From Burkholderiales bacterium Ga0077544 (GTDB taxonomy: Bacteria > Pseudomonadota > Gammaproteobacteria > Burkholderiales > Burkholderiaceae_D), in NCBI GenBank assembly GCA_001464355.1, contig LNEU01000024.1, positions 49,063 to 113,062 of the forward strand: a DNA stretch of 64,000 nt. Direction: 5' to 3'. The translations under genes and the position numbers were made by a program. Under the pieces are notes generated by a model, which was not told the DNA's origin, made no database searches, and saw only the letters and a list, made by a program, of their open reading frames with translations. The stretch's first letter is position 1, and every line of letters begins with the position of its first letter. Positions 38,523 to 48,054 of this stretch are shown here, piece after piece.

Positions 38523-40463
38523 ATGCCCAATATCCTCAGTATCGCGACTAGTGCACTTGCTACAGCCCAGGCGGGTCTTGCCACGACTGGCCACAATATC
38601 GCTAATCAGAAAACCCCCGGCTACAGCCGCCAATTGGTGGTTCAAACGTCGCTAGGCGGACAAAATCTGGGTGGTGGTTATATTGGTAGTGGCTCCACTG
38701 TTGAAACAGTGCAGCGCGTCTATAACGAATTCATCGCCAAACAAGTTGTCGCTGCACAAGGTAGCGCCAGCCAGTTGCAAAGTTATGCTGATCAAATTGG
38801 CAAGATCAATAACATGCTGGCTGACTCCAGCACTGGTTTGACTCCAGTGATTCAGGATTTTTTCAAAGGTATACAAGACCTGGTTAACAATCCAGGCGCG
38901 TCGCCGTCTCGCCAAGCTATGTTGTCGGGCGCAGAATCGCTGGCAGCTCGTTTTCAGACCATGAATGGGCAGTTAAATGCGGTACGCGAAGGTGTGAACA
39001 CCGAAATTACCGCTAGCGTCACCGATATCAACGCTTACGCACAACAGATCAGCCAGTTGAATAATGCGATTTCCAAAGCGCAGAATGCGGATGGACAGCC
39101 GCCTAACGATTTGCTCGATCAGCGCGATTACTTGGTTTCTCAATTAGCCAAAGAAACCAAAGTAACTGTTAACAAGCAGAGCAGCGGTTACAGCGTGTTT
39201 ATCGGCAATGGCCAGCCTTTGGTTGTCGGTAGTTCGGTCTATCAATTAACGACCGTGGCATCGTCAACCGATCTGGGACGTTTGCAAGTTGGCTATGTCA
39301 CTAATGGAACAACGGTGACGCTGCCTGAAGATGCAATAACCGGTGGCAAGCTCGGTGGTTTGATCGAGTTCCGTAACAAATCGCTGGACCCCATTCAAAA
39401 CTCCTTGGGTCGTATCGCGTTGGGTATTGCAGAAACCTTCAACGCGCAGCATCGACTTGGCCAAGATCAAAATGGCAATTTGGGCGGTGATTTCTTCAAT
39501 GCCGCACAACCTGCAGTCAATGCCGATTTCAATAACACTGGCACCGCGGTTATCGGTGCAACGATCAGTAACGTCAGTGCGCTGACTACCAGCGATTATC
39601 GTGTTTCCTACGACGGTAGCAATTACAGCGTAACGCGTATTTCTGATAATAAGTCCATGTATTCGGGTGCGACTTTTCCAGCCACTACGATCGACGGCGT
39701 TGATCTCACGATGACGTCGGGGCCAATGGCGGCCGGTGATCATTTTATGGTGAGACCGACTGTCAATGGTGCGGCGGACTTCAATGTATTGATCAAGGAT
39801 CTGTCACAGATTGCGGCAGCTACACCTATCGTTACTGGTGCAACCACCACAAACACCGGTACGGGCGCAATCAGTGCCGGTTCGATTAACGCAGCATTTA
39901 CTGCTGCGACAGTTTCGACACCAGTAACGCTGACTTACAACTCGGCTGGCGGCACCTTGACTGGTTTCCCAGCCACGATGCCGGTAACCGTAACAACCAA
40001 CGGCGTTCCTACGACTTACGCTGCGGGTGCCGCAGTTCCTTATACAGCCGGTTCGACGATTTCTTTTGGCGGTGCAGAGATCAAGTTGAGTGGTGCGCCA
40101 GCTGATGGTGATAGCTTCAAGATCAGCGCGAACGTCAATGGTCTGGGCGACAGCCGCAATATGCTGGCACTGGGCCAATTGCAGACTACGAATGTCTTGC
40201 AGGGCGGTACGGCAAACTACAACACGGCTTATAGTCAGTTGGTTAGTCTGGTTGGTAACAAGACACGCGAACTGCAGGTGAATAGTGCGGCAGAAGGTGG
40301 CTTGCTGAAACAAATGCAAACCACACAGCAGTCTGAATCCGGCGTCAATCTGGATGAAGAAGCCGCGAATTTGATTCAGTATCAACAGGCTTACCAGGCC
40401 GCTGCGAAGGTGATGCAGGCGGTAAGTGACATGTTCGATATTCTGGCTTCCTTGGGTCGATAA
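38523..40463 (+). CDS. flgK: flagellar hook-filament junction protein FlgK
   Basis: 646 aa with the N-terminus SALATAQAGLATTGHNIANQKTPGYSRQ and a conserved C-terminal EEAANLIQYQQAYQAAAKV. Confidence 0.93.
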   Translation: MPNILSIATSALATAQAGLATTGHNIANQKTPGYSRQLVVQTSLGGQNLGGGYIGSGSTVETVQRVYNEFIAKQVVAAQGSASQLQSYADQIGKINNMLADSSTGLTPVIQDFFKGIQDLVNNPGASPSRQAMLSGAESLAARFQTMNGQLNAVREGVNTEITASVTDINAYAQQISQLNNAISKAQNADGQPPNDLLDQRDYLVSQLAKETKVTVNKQSSGYSVFIGNGQPLVVGSSVYQLTTVASSTDLGRLQVGYVTNGTTVTLPEDAITGGKLGGLIEFRNKSLDPIQNSLGRIALGIAETFNAQHRLGQDQNGNLGGDFFNAAQPAVNADFNNTGTAVIGATISNVSALTTSDYRVSYDGSNYSVTRISDNKSMYSGATFPATTIDGVDLTMTSGPMAAGDHFMVRPTVNGAADFNVLIKDLSQIAAATPIVTGATTTNTGTGAISAGSINAAFTAATVSTPVTLTYNSAGGTLTGFPATMPVTVTTNGVPTTYAAGAAVPYTAGSTISFGGAEIKLSGAPADGDSFKISANVNGLGDSRNMLALGQLQTTNVLQGGTANYNTAYSQLVSLVGNKTRELQVNSAAEGGLLKQMQTTQQSESGVNLDEEAANLIQYQQAYQAAAKVMQAVSDMFDILASLGR

Positions 40464-40474
40464 GGACAAAAATC

Positions 40475-41689
40475 ATGCGTATCAGCACGAACACAATGTA
40501 TGAGTTGGGCACACGTCAGATTACCGATCTGCAAGCAAGTTTGGTCAGGACGCAGCAACAGGTTTCAAGCGGTATGCGTATTTTGTCGCCAGCCGACGAT
40601 CCTGTCGCAGCGGCAGCTGCTTTGGGTATGGATCAGGCTTTAGCCATCAACGATCAGTTTGCGTTGAATCGTTCCAATGCTAAAAGCACATTGTCTGAAG
40701 AAGAGAGCGTGATGCAAAGCATCAATTCGCTTTTGCAATCAGTCAAGGATGTTGTTGTTGGTGCTGGTAATGGCGCGCTTGATGATTCGCAACGCAAAAT
40801 GTTTGCGACGCAGTTACGCAGTAATTTTGACGAATTGATGTCGCTGGCAAATTCACGCGATAGCAGCGGCAACTATATGTTTGCCGGCTATCAAACAGGC
40901 TCACAACCATATACGGAATCGGCTACTGGCGCTACTTACGGCGGTGATCAGGGGCAACGTATGTTGCAGGTAGGCGCGGCTCGTCAAATGGCCGTGAGCG
41001 ACGCCGGCCCCACTATTTTTGAAGCTGGCATGAGCGGCAACGGTCGCTTTGTGACGGCAGCCGGTGCAACCAATACTGGTACTGGTTTAATCAGCACTGG
41101 TTCGGTGACCGATCAGACGCAATTGACTGGCAATGATTATGCAGTCACTTTCTCCATCGATGCAGCAGGGGCAACAACTTATCTGGTAACAGAAACGCCG
41201 CCACCTGCAACACCAGCTACACCGCAACCATATGTAAGTGGACAAGCGATCAGCTTTGGCGGCATGCAATTCGATATTAAAGGTGCGCCAGCCAATGGTG
41301 ATACTTTTAGTGTCAAGCCTAGCCAAAAACAAAATGTATTTACGGTCATTACCGATTTGTTGGCAACGATCTCAACGTCTGCTGTCGGTGCTCAAGGACA
41401 AACCCGATTGGCCAATGGCTTGGCTGCAGCAAATAACAGTATTGAAAATGCACGCGTTGCTGTATCTACAGTAAGGGCATCGATAGGTTCGCGCTTGAAG
41501 GAACTTGATAATCTCGATACCGCCGGCTCTGATTTGAAGGTCAAATACACAGCGACCTTGAAGCAATTGCAAGAAATCGACCCTGTAGAAGCCTATTCGA
41601 GCTTTACCCAGCAGCAGTACACGCTGGAAGCAGCCCGTCAGTCGTTCATCAAGATCTCAGGCTTGTCGCTATTCAACATGCTGACCTGA
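40475..41689 (+). CDS. flgL: flagellar hook-filament junction protein FlgL
   Basis: 404 aa with a flagellin-like N-terminus (MRISTNTMY..SSGMRILSPADDPVAAA). Confidence 0.92.
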   Translation: MRISTNTMYELGTRQITDLQASLVRTQQQVSSGMRILSPADDPVAAAAALGMDQALAINDQFALNRSNAKSTLSEEESVMQSINSLLQSVKDVVVGAGNGALDDSQRKMFATQLRSNFDELMSLANSRDSSGNYMFAGYQTGSQPYTESATGATYGGDQGQRMLQVGAARQMAVSDAGPTIFEAGMSGNGRFVTAAGATNTGTGLISTGSVTDQTQLTGNDYAVTFSIDAAGATTYLVTETPPPATPATPQPYVSGQAISFGGMQFDIKGAPANGDTFSVKPSQKQNVFTVITDLLATISTSAVGAQGQTRLANGLAAANNSIENARVAVSTVRASIGSRLKELDNLDTAGSDLKVKYTATLKQLQEIDPVEAYSSFTQQQYTLEAARQSFIKISGLSLFNMLT

Positions 41690-41696
41690 TTGCATG

Positions 41697-41724
41697 GTTT
41701 GTTCTTGCGCTCGCAAGCACAAAC
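41697..41724. terminator. hairpin between convergent flgL and fliR
   Basis: GTTTGTTCTTGCG-ct-CGCAAGCACAAAC, 13-nt arms with one mismatch. Confidence 0.5.
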
Positions 41725-41742
41725 TATCTCATGGTTGTGCAC

Positions 41743-42537
41743 TTATTGCTCTAGCGGTATAAATGCAACGGTAATTCTCCCCATCGCATCGATTCCTTCC
41801 TGCATCAGATTGATGAACGGATTCATCAGGTAAGGTAGTACGACGCCTATCATGATGAAACCGACACCTATCGTGATGGGGAAGCCAATACCGAAAATAT
41901 TCAGTTGCGGCGCGGCGCGCGTCAAAATGCCGAGTGCGATGTTTGTGATCAGCAGGGCGGCAACGATAGGCAGAGACAGTTGTACGCCGGCGCTGAAAAT
42001 ACGTCCGCCCCATTTAACGATTTCGAACAAGCCTGTATTCGAAACAAAATTTCCGGAGATCGGTAAAAGCTCAAAGCTTTTCGCCAGTGTGGACAAGACC
42101 ACCAGATGCAGATTGGTGGACAGATAGATCATCAGGATCAACAGTGCCAGGAATTGGCTGACGACAGAGGTACGTGCACGCGTTTGCGGATCGAAAAAAC
42201 TCGCGAAGCCCAGGCCCATCGTCATGCCGGTAATTTCGCCAGCCATTTCGACCCCGGCGAAAACGATCCGCATCGCAAAGCCCATCGTCAAGCCGATCAG
42301 CAGTTGCTGCATCAAAATCAGAAAACCGGTGGACGATATAGGATCCATTGCAGGCATCGCCGGGACAGTGGGTGCAATGATCAGCGCCAGCATGATGCCC
42401 AGGCTAATCTTGACACGCGCCGGTACGCTGACATTGCCGAACAAGGGCGCGACAGAAATCAATCCTATGATCCGTGTCAGCGGCCACAGAAGCGAGGCGA
42501 TCCAGGTATTGAGTTCGGCGCTAGTGATGCTGATCAT
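41743..42537 (-). CDS. fliR: flagellar export apparatus protein FliR
   Basis: 264 aa, polytopic, positioned after fliQ. Confidence 0.92.
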   Translation of the reverse strand: MISITSAELNTWIASLLWPLTRIIGLISVAPLFGNVSVPARVKISLGIMLALIIAPTVPAMPAMDPISSTGFLILMQQLLIGLTMGFAMRIVFAGVEMAGEITGMTMGLGFASFFDPQTRARTSVVSQFLALLILMIYLSTNLHLVVLSTLAKSFELLPISGNFVSNTGLFEIVKWGGRIFSAGVQLSLPIVAALLITNIALGILTRAAPQLNIFGIGFPITIGVGFIMIGVVLPYLMNPFINLMQEGIDAMGRITVAFIPLEQ

Positions 42538-42571
42538 GCGATCGGTGACGGCGAGAGAGACCGCATTGCCG

Positions 42572-42841
42572 CTAGCTGACCAGCAGTGGAATATTGGTAA
42601 ACATTTCGCGCATGTAATCCAGCATGACGGTCAGCATCCACGGACCGGCAATCACCAATGCGACAAAAATGCCGATCAGTTTTGGAATGAAGGACAGCGT
42701 GGTTTCATTGATTTGCGTTGCTGCCTGAAAGATGCTGACGATAAGACCAATTGCCAAGGCGACCAATAACATAGGCGCAGCCACCATCAAGGTGACTTCA
42801 ATGGCTTGGCGGCCCATCGTCATAACGCTTTCGGGAGTCAT
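42572..42841 (-). CDS. fliQ: flagellar export apparatus protein FliQ
   Basis: 89 aa with 2 TM segments and a typical FliQ sequence (IFQAATQINETTLSFIPK). Confidence 0.95.
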   Translation of the reverse strand: MTPESVMTMGRQAIEVTLMVAAPMLLVALAIGLIVSIFQAATQINETTLSFIPKLIGIFVALVIAGPWMLTVMLDYMREMFTNIPLLVS

Positions 42842-42850
42842 CGCAAATCC

Positions 42851-43597
42851 TCAGTAAAAACTTTGTGCGAGCGAGCCAATCAACAATTGCCAACCGTCGA
42901 CCAGTACAAACAGCATCAGCTTGAATGGCAAGGCCACAATCGATGGCGACACCATCATCATACCCATCGACATCAGTACGCTGGCGACCACCATATCGAT
43001 GATCAAAAATGGAATGAAGATGGCAAAGCTGATCTGAAATGCGGTTTTCAATTCGCTGGTGATAAATGCAGGCACCAATACGCGTAGTGGAATATCTTCC
43101 GGTCCTTGCAGTTCAGGTCCCTTCGATAATTTGACGTATAGCGCCAGGTCCGACTCGCGCGTCTGCTTGACCATGAAAGTTTTTAATGGCGCAACTGCCT
43201 TTTCCAAGGCTTCGTCCATCTTGATCTTGTTGGCCGTGAAGGGCTGGTACGCATCAACATAGATTTTATCCAGCACTGGACTCATGACGAATAGCGTCAG
43301 GAACAGTGCGAGGCCGATGATGACTTGATTCGGTGGTGAGCTTTGTGTACCGAGCGCCTGACGCAACAAAGACAGGACGATGATGATGCGTGTAAAACTG
43401 GTCATCATCAGCAGCACGGCAGGCAGGAATGACAGGCCAGTCAGCAGCAGCAGAGTTTGCAGACTAAGTGAATAAGTCTGGCCGCCACCTGCGGTTGGCG
43501 TGCTGGTAAATGCGGGCAGGCCGGCTTGCTGTGCCATTGCAGCCATAGGCAAGGTCAGTAGTAGCGGCAGTGCGATACTCAACAAACGACGCAGCAT
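42851..43597 (-). CDS. fliP: flagellar export apparatus protein FliP
   Basis: Start placed at [14 protein letters not shown], which aligns with the Salmonella FliP N-terminus from memory. An alternative ATG at 43618 overlaps the fliO end. Conserved [11 protein letters not shown] and [13 protein letters not shown]. Confidence 0.92.
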   Translation of the reverse strand: MLRRLLSIALPLLLTLPMAAMAQQAGLPAFTSTPTAGGGQTYSLSLQTLLLLTGLSFLPAVLLMMTSFTRIIIVLSLLRQALGTQSSPPNQVIIGLALFLTLFVMSPVLDKIYVDAYQPFTANKIKMDEALEKAVAPLKTFMVKQTRESDLALYVKLSKGPELQGPEDIPLRVLVPAFITSELKTAFQISFAIFIPFLIIDMVVASVLMSMGMMMVSPSIVALPFKLMLFVLVDGWQLLIGSLAQSFY

Positions 43598-43607
43598 GAA
43601 AGATGAA

Positions 43608-44060
43608 TTATTGGGCATTGCGTTTTTCGATTGTTTGCGCGAGCCAGCTCGAAAAGTTCTTCGATGGCGCTGCATCGGTAACGATGCTTGTTTCCAGCTT
43701 GCTTTCATGTTTCGGCATCGTGGCCAGTGCGTTAACACGACCTGGTGCGACCCCGACGACTATCCATTGGTCGGCTATTTCCAGCACCATGACGCGTTCA
43801 CGATTGCCGACGCTGACACCGCCGATGATTTTGATCTGCGTTGCGTTATTGCCTTTGGCCGTATTGAAACGGCGTAATACCCAGGCTGCGGCGGCCATCA
43901 AGGCGAGTACGACCAGCAAACCCAGGGTGACTTGCATCAGATTGCTGGCGGTTGACGGAGTCGTCGTGCTTGCCGTCGTTGCCACACTGGTAGCAGCAGT
44001 TTGCGCATAAGCCGCACTTGCCGAAAGTAGTGTCGCTAAAAAGGAAAAAGTACGAATCAT
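43608..44060 (-). CDS. fliO: flagellar biosynthesis protein FliO
   Basis: 150 aa. Hydrophobic N-terminus, Thr/Ala/Ser-rich stretch, then a TM segment. The call is mainly positional (between fliN and fliP). Confidence 0.75.
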   Translation of the reverse strand: MIRTFSFLATLLSASAAYAQTAATSVATTASTTTPSTASNLMQVTLGLLVVLALMAAAAWVLRRFNTAKGNNATQIKIIGGVSVGNRERVMVLEIADQWIVVGVAPGRVNALATMPKHESKLETSIVTDAAPSKNFSSWLAQTIEKRNAQ

Positions 44061-44482
44061 CGGTTCAACTTACGGATACGTTCCGATGGTGTAATGATGT
44101 CGGTCAAACGGATGCCGAATTTGTCATTGACGACCACGACTTCGCCTTGCGCAATCAAACAGCCGTTGACCAGCACATCCATAGGTTCACCTGCCAGGCC
44201 GTCGAGTTCGACTACCGAACCTTGCGCCAATTGCAGCAGATTCTTGATGGCGATTTTGGTACGGCCGAGTTCAACTGTCAGTTGCACCGGAATATCGAGA
44301 ATGAAATCGATATCGTTGTGCGTGCCAGTCTTCAAATCGCCGCCAGCAAAATCCTTGAATACAGTGGCAGTTGCCGGCTTTGGTGCTAGCGCAGCAGCTT
44401 CTGCTTCGGTCTGCTCCTGCTCTGCCATCGCCGCGCCCCAATCGTCTTCTGCTGCGGTTTGTGCTTCGTTTTCGTCACTCAT
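44057..44482 (-). CDS. fliN: flagellar motor switch protein FliN
   Basis: 141 aa with a SpoA/FliN C-terminal domain (IPVQLTVELGRTKIAIKNLLQL..VVELD). Confidence 0.93.
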   Translation of the reverse strand: MSDENEAQTAAEDDWGAAMAEQEQTEAEAAALAPKPATATVFKDFAGGDLKTGTHNDIDFILDIPVQLTVELGRTKIAIKNLLQLAQGSVVELDGLAGEPMDVLVNGCLIAQGEVVVVNDKFGIRLTDIITPSERIRKLNR

Positions 44483-45473
44483 GTTCTTCTCCTTGCTGTG
44501 AGTCGTTTGCGCTGTAGATCAATTTTTCCACGCGCAATGCATATTGGCCATTCAGTTTGCCGTATGAGCATTCCATAACAGGTACGCCGTCGACTGCTGC
44601 AGTGATCTGGTCTGGCACGGCGATCGAGATAACATCGCCGACTTTCATGTTGAGAATATCGCCCAGCGTCACATTGGCCGAGCCCATGTTTGCCAGAATT
44701 TCAACTTCTGCCGTCTGGATCTGCTGCGTCATCAAACGTATCCAGCGTTTGTCCATTTCCAGTGTCTCGCCCTGCATGCTGCTGGTCAGCAGATCGCGGA
44801 TCGGTTCGATCATCGAGTACGGCACGCAAAAGTGCAGGTCGCCGCTTACCGGACCGAGTTCGATCGTGAAGGAGGTGGCGACCACGACTTCGTTCGGAGT
44901 CGCGATGTTCGCGAATTGCGTATTCATTTCCGAACGGATGTATTCGAACTCAACCGGATATACCGGCTCCCACGACTTTGCGTAGGTTTCGAAAATGATT
45001 TCGAGTATGCGTTGAATGATGCGCTGTTCTGTCTGAGTAAAGTCGCGACCTTCAACCCGGGTATGGAAGCGTCCATCGCCACCAAATAAATTATCAACCA
45101 GCAGAAACACAAGATTCGGATCGATGACGATCAAACCGATCCCGCGCAATGGTTTCATGTGGATCAGATTCAGGTTGGTCGGGACGACCAGATTGCGAAT
45201 GAATTCGCTGTATTTCGAAACGCGCACCGGACCGATCGATACTTCCGCACTGCGATGCAGGAAGTTGAACAGGCCGATGCGCAGCAGGCGTGAAAAACGC
45301 TCATTGATAATTTCCAGCGTTGGCATGCGACCGCGCACGATACGCTCCTGGGTCGCCAGATTGTACGGGCGTACACCCGTCGTATCTTCCGGTTTGCCAG
45401 TCTCATCCTGATCGCCATTGACGCCCTTTAGCAGCGCATCAACTTCTTCTTGTGAGAGAAAATTATCAGCCAT
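44475..45473 (-). CDS. fliM: flagellar motor switch protein FliM
   Basis: 332 aa with an N-terminal LSQEEVDALL CheY-P-binding motif. Confidence 0.95.
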   Translation of the reverse strand: MADNFLSQEEVDALLKGVNGDQDETGKPEDTTGVRPYNLATQERIVRGRMPTLEIINERFSRLLRIGLFNFLHRSAEVSIGPVRVSKYSEFIRNLVVPTNLNLIHMKPLRGIGLIVIDPNLVFLLVDNLFGGDGRFHTRVEGRDFTQTEQRIIQRILEIIFETYAKSWEPVYPVEFEYIRSEMNTQFANIATPNEVVVATSFTIELGPVSGDLHFCVPYSMIEPIRDLLTSSMQGETLEMDKRWIRLMTQQIQTAEVEILANMGSANVTLGDILNMKVGDVISIAVPDQITAAVDGVPVMECSYGKLNGQYALRVEKLIYSANDSQQGEEHE

Positions 45474-45476
45474 GGT

Positions 45477-45980
45477 TTATTGCACGACGAATGAAGTAAA
45501 CAATACGCTGCTTACCTTGATGGTCGGGCCCTGTGGTGTAAACGGTTGCTTGAAAATATTCAAAATTTCGTCAGATAACTTGTTCTTGCCTTCTACGGTC
45601 AAGATTTCCGAAGCCATTTTGCTCGACAACAAAAGTAGCAGGCGGCTGCGTACATGTGGCATATACAACTTGATCAATTCAACTTGAGCTTGATCCGCAA
45701 CTTGCAGCGTCAATGTGGTTTGTAAAAACTGTTCACCGTTTTCAGCTTGCAGATTGACAGTGAAGGCTTCCATCGGCAAAAACACAGGAGGTTTTGCTTC
45801 CTCTACGAGTTTTTCAGGTGCCTTTGCTGGTGCTGCCGCTTTTTGGGTCATGAAGTACCATGCACCAGCGCCACCGCCAGCCAATAGGATCACCAAGGCA
45901 AGCACGATAATCAGTGTCTTTGATTTTTTTGGCTTCGCTTCGTCCGCGCTGCTTGCTTTAGGGGCTGCTTTTGTTGCCAT
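45477..45980 (-). CDS. fliL: flagellar basal body-associated protein FliL
   Basis: 167 aa with a single TM segment and a typical FliL periplasmic domain (FTVNLQ...). Confidence 0.9.
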   Translation of the reverse strand: MATKAAPKASSADEAKPKKSKTLIIVLALVILLAGGGAGAWYFMTQKAAAPAKAPEKLVEEAKPPVFLPMEAFTVNLQAENGEQFLQTTLTLQVADQAQVELIKLYMPHVRSRLLLLLSSKMASEILTVEGKNKLSDEILNIFKQPFTPQGPTIKVSSVLFTSFVVQ

Positions 45981-46372
45981 CTGTTTTCCTCAAGTACGGC
46001 ATGCTTTTTTCTTACATGCCATTATTAAAAAAAAACGACACACAGGATGCAATGAAAAGAGAGGGGAACACGACGCATATCATCGTATCCACGCCATTCA
46101 GTCCTGTGGTCGCTTCTTTCAGCGAATACCGTAAGCCAGTCGGCAATTACAGAATCCCTGCTCAAGGTGCTATTAAACCATTATTAATTGCGGCGAACAC
46201 CCGTATCGTGTGAAAAAACCATACGATTTGTGGCGTGTGTATGAGAGTGCAGCCGCAGACGTAACGCTAACGCTAAAAATGGCGTCGCTTTACTTGCCAT
46301 TGAGTGGTCTTTAGCGCTGCTCGGGTACCCGGCCTGGCGATAGCGTGTTTGCGGCTATCCCGGCAATCGGGT

Positions 46373-47554
46373 TCAGGCAAATGTATCGACGATACCGTTG
46401 CCGCCAGTTGGAACCGGAACGTGGCTGACATGAATCACCGGTTCAGCCGCATTGCTGTCTTGACCGGATTGGCGCCCCCCCTGGCGCTGTTCGCTAAAGG
46501 CATTTTGCTGCTGTTGCGTACCGGCGCTGACGTTGGACTGGCCGAGCTGAATACCGGCATCGTTCAGCATTTCGCGCAGACGGGGCATAGCGGCCTCCAG
46601 TGCCTGACGGACTTCAGGTTGATGCGCGGTGAAGTTTGCAGTCGCCTGATTGTTGGACACGTTCAAGGTCACTTGCATAGGCCCGAGATCAGGTGGGTTC
46701 AGCGTCAAGGTCGCGGTTTGTTGTGCGCCTTGAACCATCCACACTACTTTTTGGCCCAACGCCTGATCCCAGCCCGGGCTGCCGACTTGCGGTGCCAGTT
46801 TGTTGGATTGCACGGCAGCGGTGTCGGCCAGTTGTTGAAGGGCTGTTGTGCTGACGGCTGCAATGGTCTGCGGATTTGCTACAGAGACGGTTTCAGCTGT
46901 TTTAGGTACAGCAGCAACCACTGCAGCCAGATCGGCTTCCGGTTTTGCTGAAGCAGCAGTGGCGACGGGTGCTTTGCTATCGCTGTTTGCTGTAGTGGCT
47001 TTATCGAGTGCTGCGACAAAATCAGACTTCTTGCCGATTGCATCTTTTTCGCTGCTGGTAGTTGTGGTCGTGGCTGCACCCAGCGTGGTATCCAGCGGGA
47101 TATCGATATCAGTAATCTTGGTGCTCGCTGCACTTTCCAATGCTGCATCTGTCGCCGGTATTTGCGCGGCCGCCGTATTGGATTGCGTTAAAGCGGCAAC
47201 GAACGCCATTAGTTCAGCAGAAGGGCCGGCAACAATTGCATCCGCATCTTTGCCGTCGGCGACAGTCGTCGCCTTGTCGTCAGCGGCGGCTTTGTCTGCA
47301 TCGCTGGTGCCGGACGTTTTGTTTGCATTGCCGGTATTGTTGGTGGTGGGCTTATTGTCTTTACTGGACGCGTCTTTTTGCGTGTTCTTGCTGACTTCAT
47401 TGCCGGAATTGTTGCGATCGGCGATTTCGCGCGAAAGAACCTGATTGAATGCGCCAGCCTCGGGAGAAGAAGATGCAGCAGATGCATCCTGCTTGCTGTT
47501 GTTTGCCGCCGGAGTCAATGCGGCAAGTGGACTATTGATCGCTGAAGTATTCAT
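46373..47554 (-). CDS. fliK: flagellar hook-length control protein FliK
   Basis: 393 aa. Low-complexity Ala/Thr/Ser-rich N-terminal two-thirds. C-terminal Flg_hook-like domain (TLTLNPPDLGPMQVTLNVSNNQATANFTAHQPEVRQALEAAMPRLREML). Located between fliJ and fliL. Confidence 0.85.
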   Translation of the reverse strand: MNTSAINSPLAALTPAANNSKQDASAASSSPEAGAFNQVLSREIADRNNSGNEVSKNTQKDASSKDNKPTTNNTGNANKTSGTSDADKAAADDKATTVADGKDADAIVAGPSAELMAFVAALTQSNTAAAQIPATDAALESAASTKITDIDIPLDTTLGAATTTTTSSEKDAIGKKSDFVAALDKATTANSDSKAPVATAASAKPEADLAAVVAAVPKTAETVSVANPQTIAAVSTTALQQLADTAAVQSNKLAPQVGSPGWDQALGQKVVWMVQGAQQTATLTLNPPDLGPMQVTLNVSNNQATANFTAHQPEVRQALEAAMPRLREMLNDAGIQLGQSNVSAGTQQQQNAFSEQRQGGRQSGQDSNAAEPVIHVSHVPVPTGGNGIVDTFA

Positions 47555-47578
47555 TTTGCTGCCGCCTGTTTTGATCGT

Positions 47579-48019
47579 TTATCTTTTGTACTGAAATAGT
47601 CGTGCCGCGTGCTCATCTGTCTGCTTTTGGTCGCGCTTGTTTTCTACCAGTTGCTTGGCTTTCAATGCCCGATTTGCCAATGTTCCATAAGACATGCGCT
47701 TGCGTTCGCTGGCTTGCCATGCGGATCGTTCCCTATCTACACGCGCATGCGCATCGCGCACTACCAACTGCTGACCACTGATTGCCTGTTCCAGCTTGTC
47801 CATGAAAACCTGAAAATTCCGATAACCCATTGCAGTCAGGCCGGTCGACAGACTTTGCTGAAAACGCGCTGAATAATCGTCGCGATACTGCATCAGCAAG
47901 GCCAGTTTCTGTTCGGTATCCTCGGCCGCTTTCATGCAGGAACCCAGACGTTTTGCGGCTTCGTCAGTCTCCTTGGTTGCCAGTTCTATCAGTGTGTCCA
48001 GTGCAGAGGAGGTGGCCAT
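47579..48019 (-). CDS. fliJ: flagellar export protein FliJ
   Basis: 146 aa coiled-coil protein, positioned after fliI. Confidence 0.85.
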   Translation of the reverse strand: MATSSALDTLIELATKETDEAAKRLGSCMKAAEDTEQKLALLMQYRDDYSARFQQSLSTGLTAMGYRNFQVFMDKLEQAISGQQLVVRDAHARVDRERSAWQASERKRMSYGTLANRALKAKQLVENKRDQKQTDEHAARLFQYKR

Positions 48020-48054
48020 TTTGCGTAATTATATTTTTTGGGAGGGGATATCCA

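Noticed and set aside
39804-40469. 221-aa minus-strand ORF opposite the 3' part of flgK
   Set aside because: Shadow ORF. It is Cys/Arg-rich with no motif, and flgK is unambiguous on the other strand.
46184-46300. 38-aa minus-strand ORF (MASKATPFLALALRL...) in the fliK-fliL gap
   Set aside because: It has no Shine-Dalgarno and no recognisable fold or family. It is compatible with chance in a 390-bp spacer.
46304-47444. Plus-strand ORFs (215 aa and 198 aa) opposite fliK
   Set aside because: They are antisense shadows of the repetitive Ala/Thr-rich fliK region. The second is essentially the reverse-complement reading of that low-complexity repeat.
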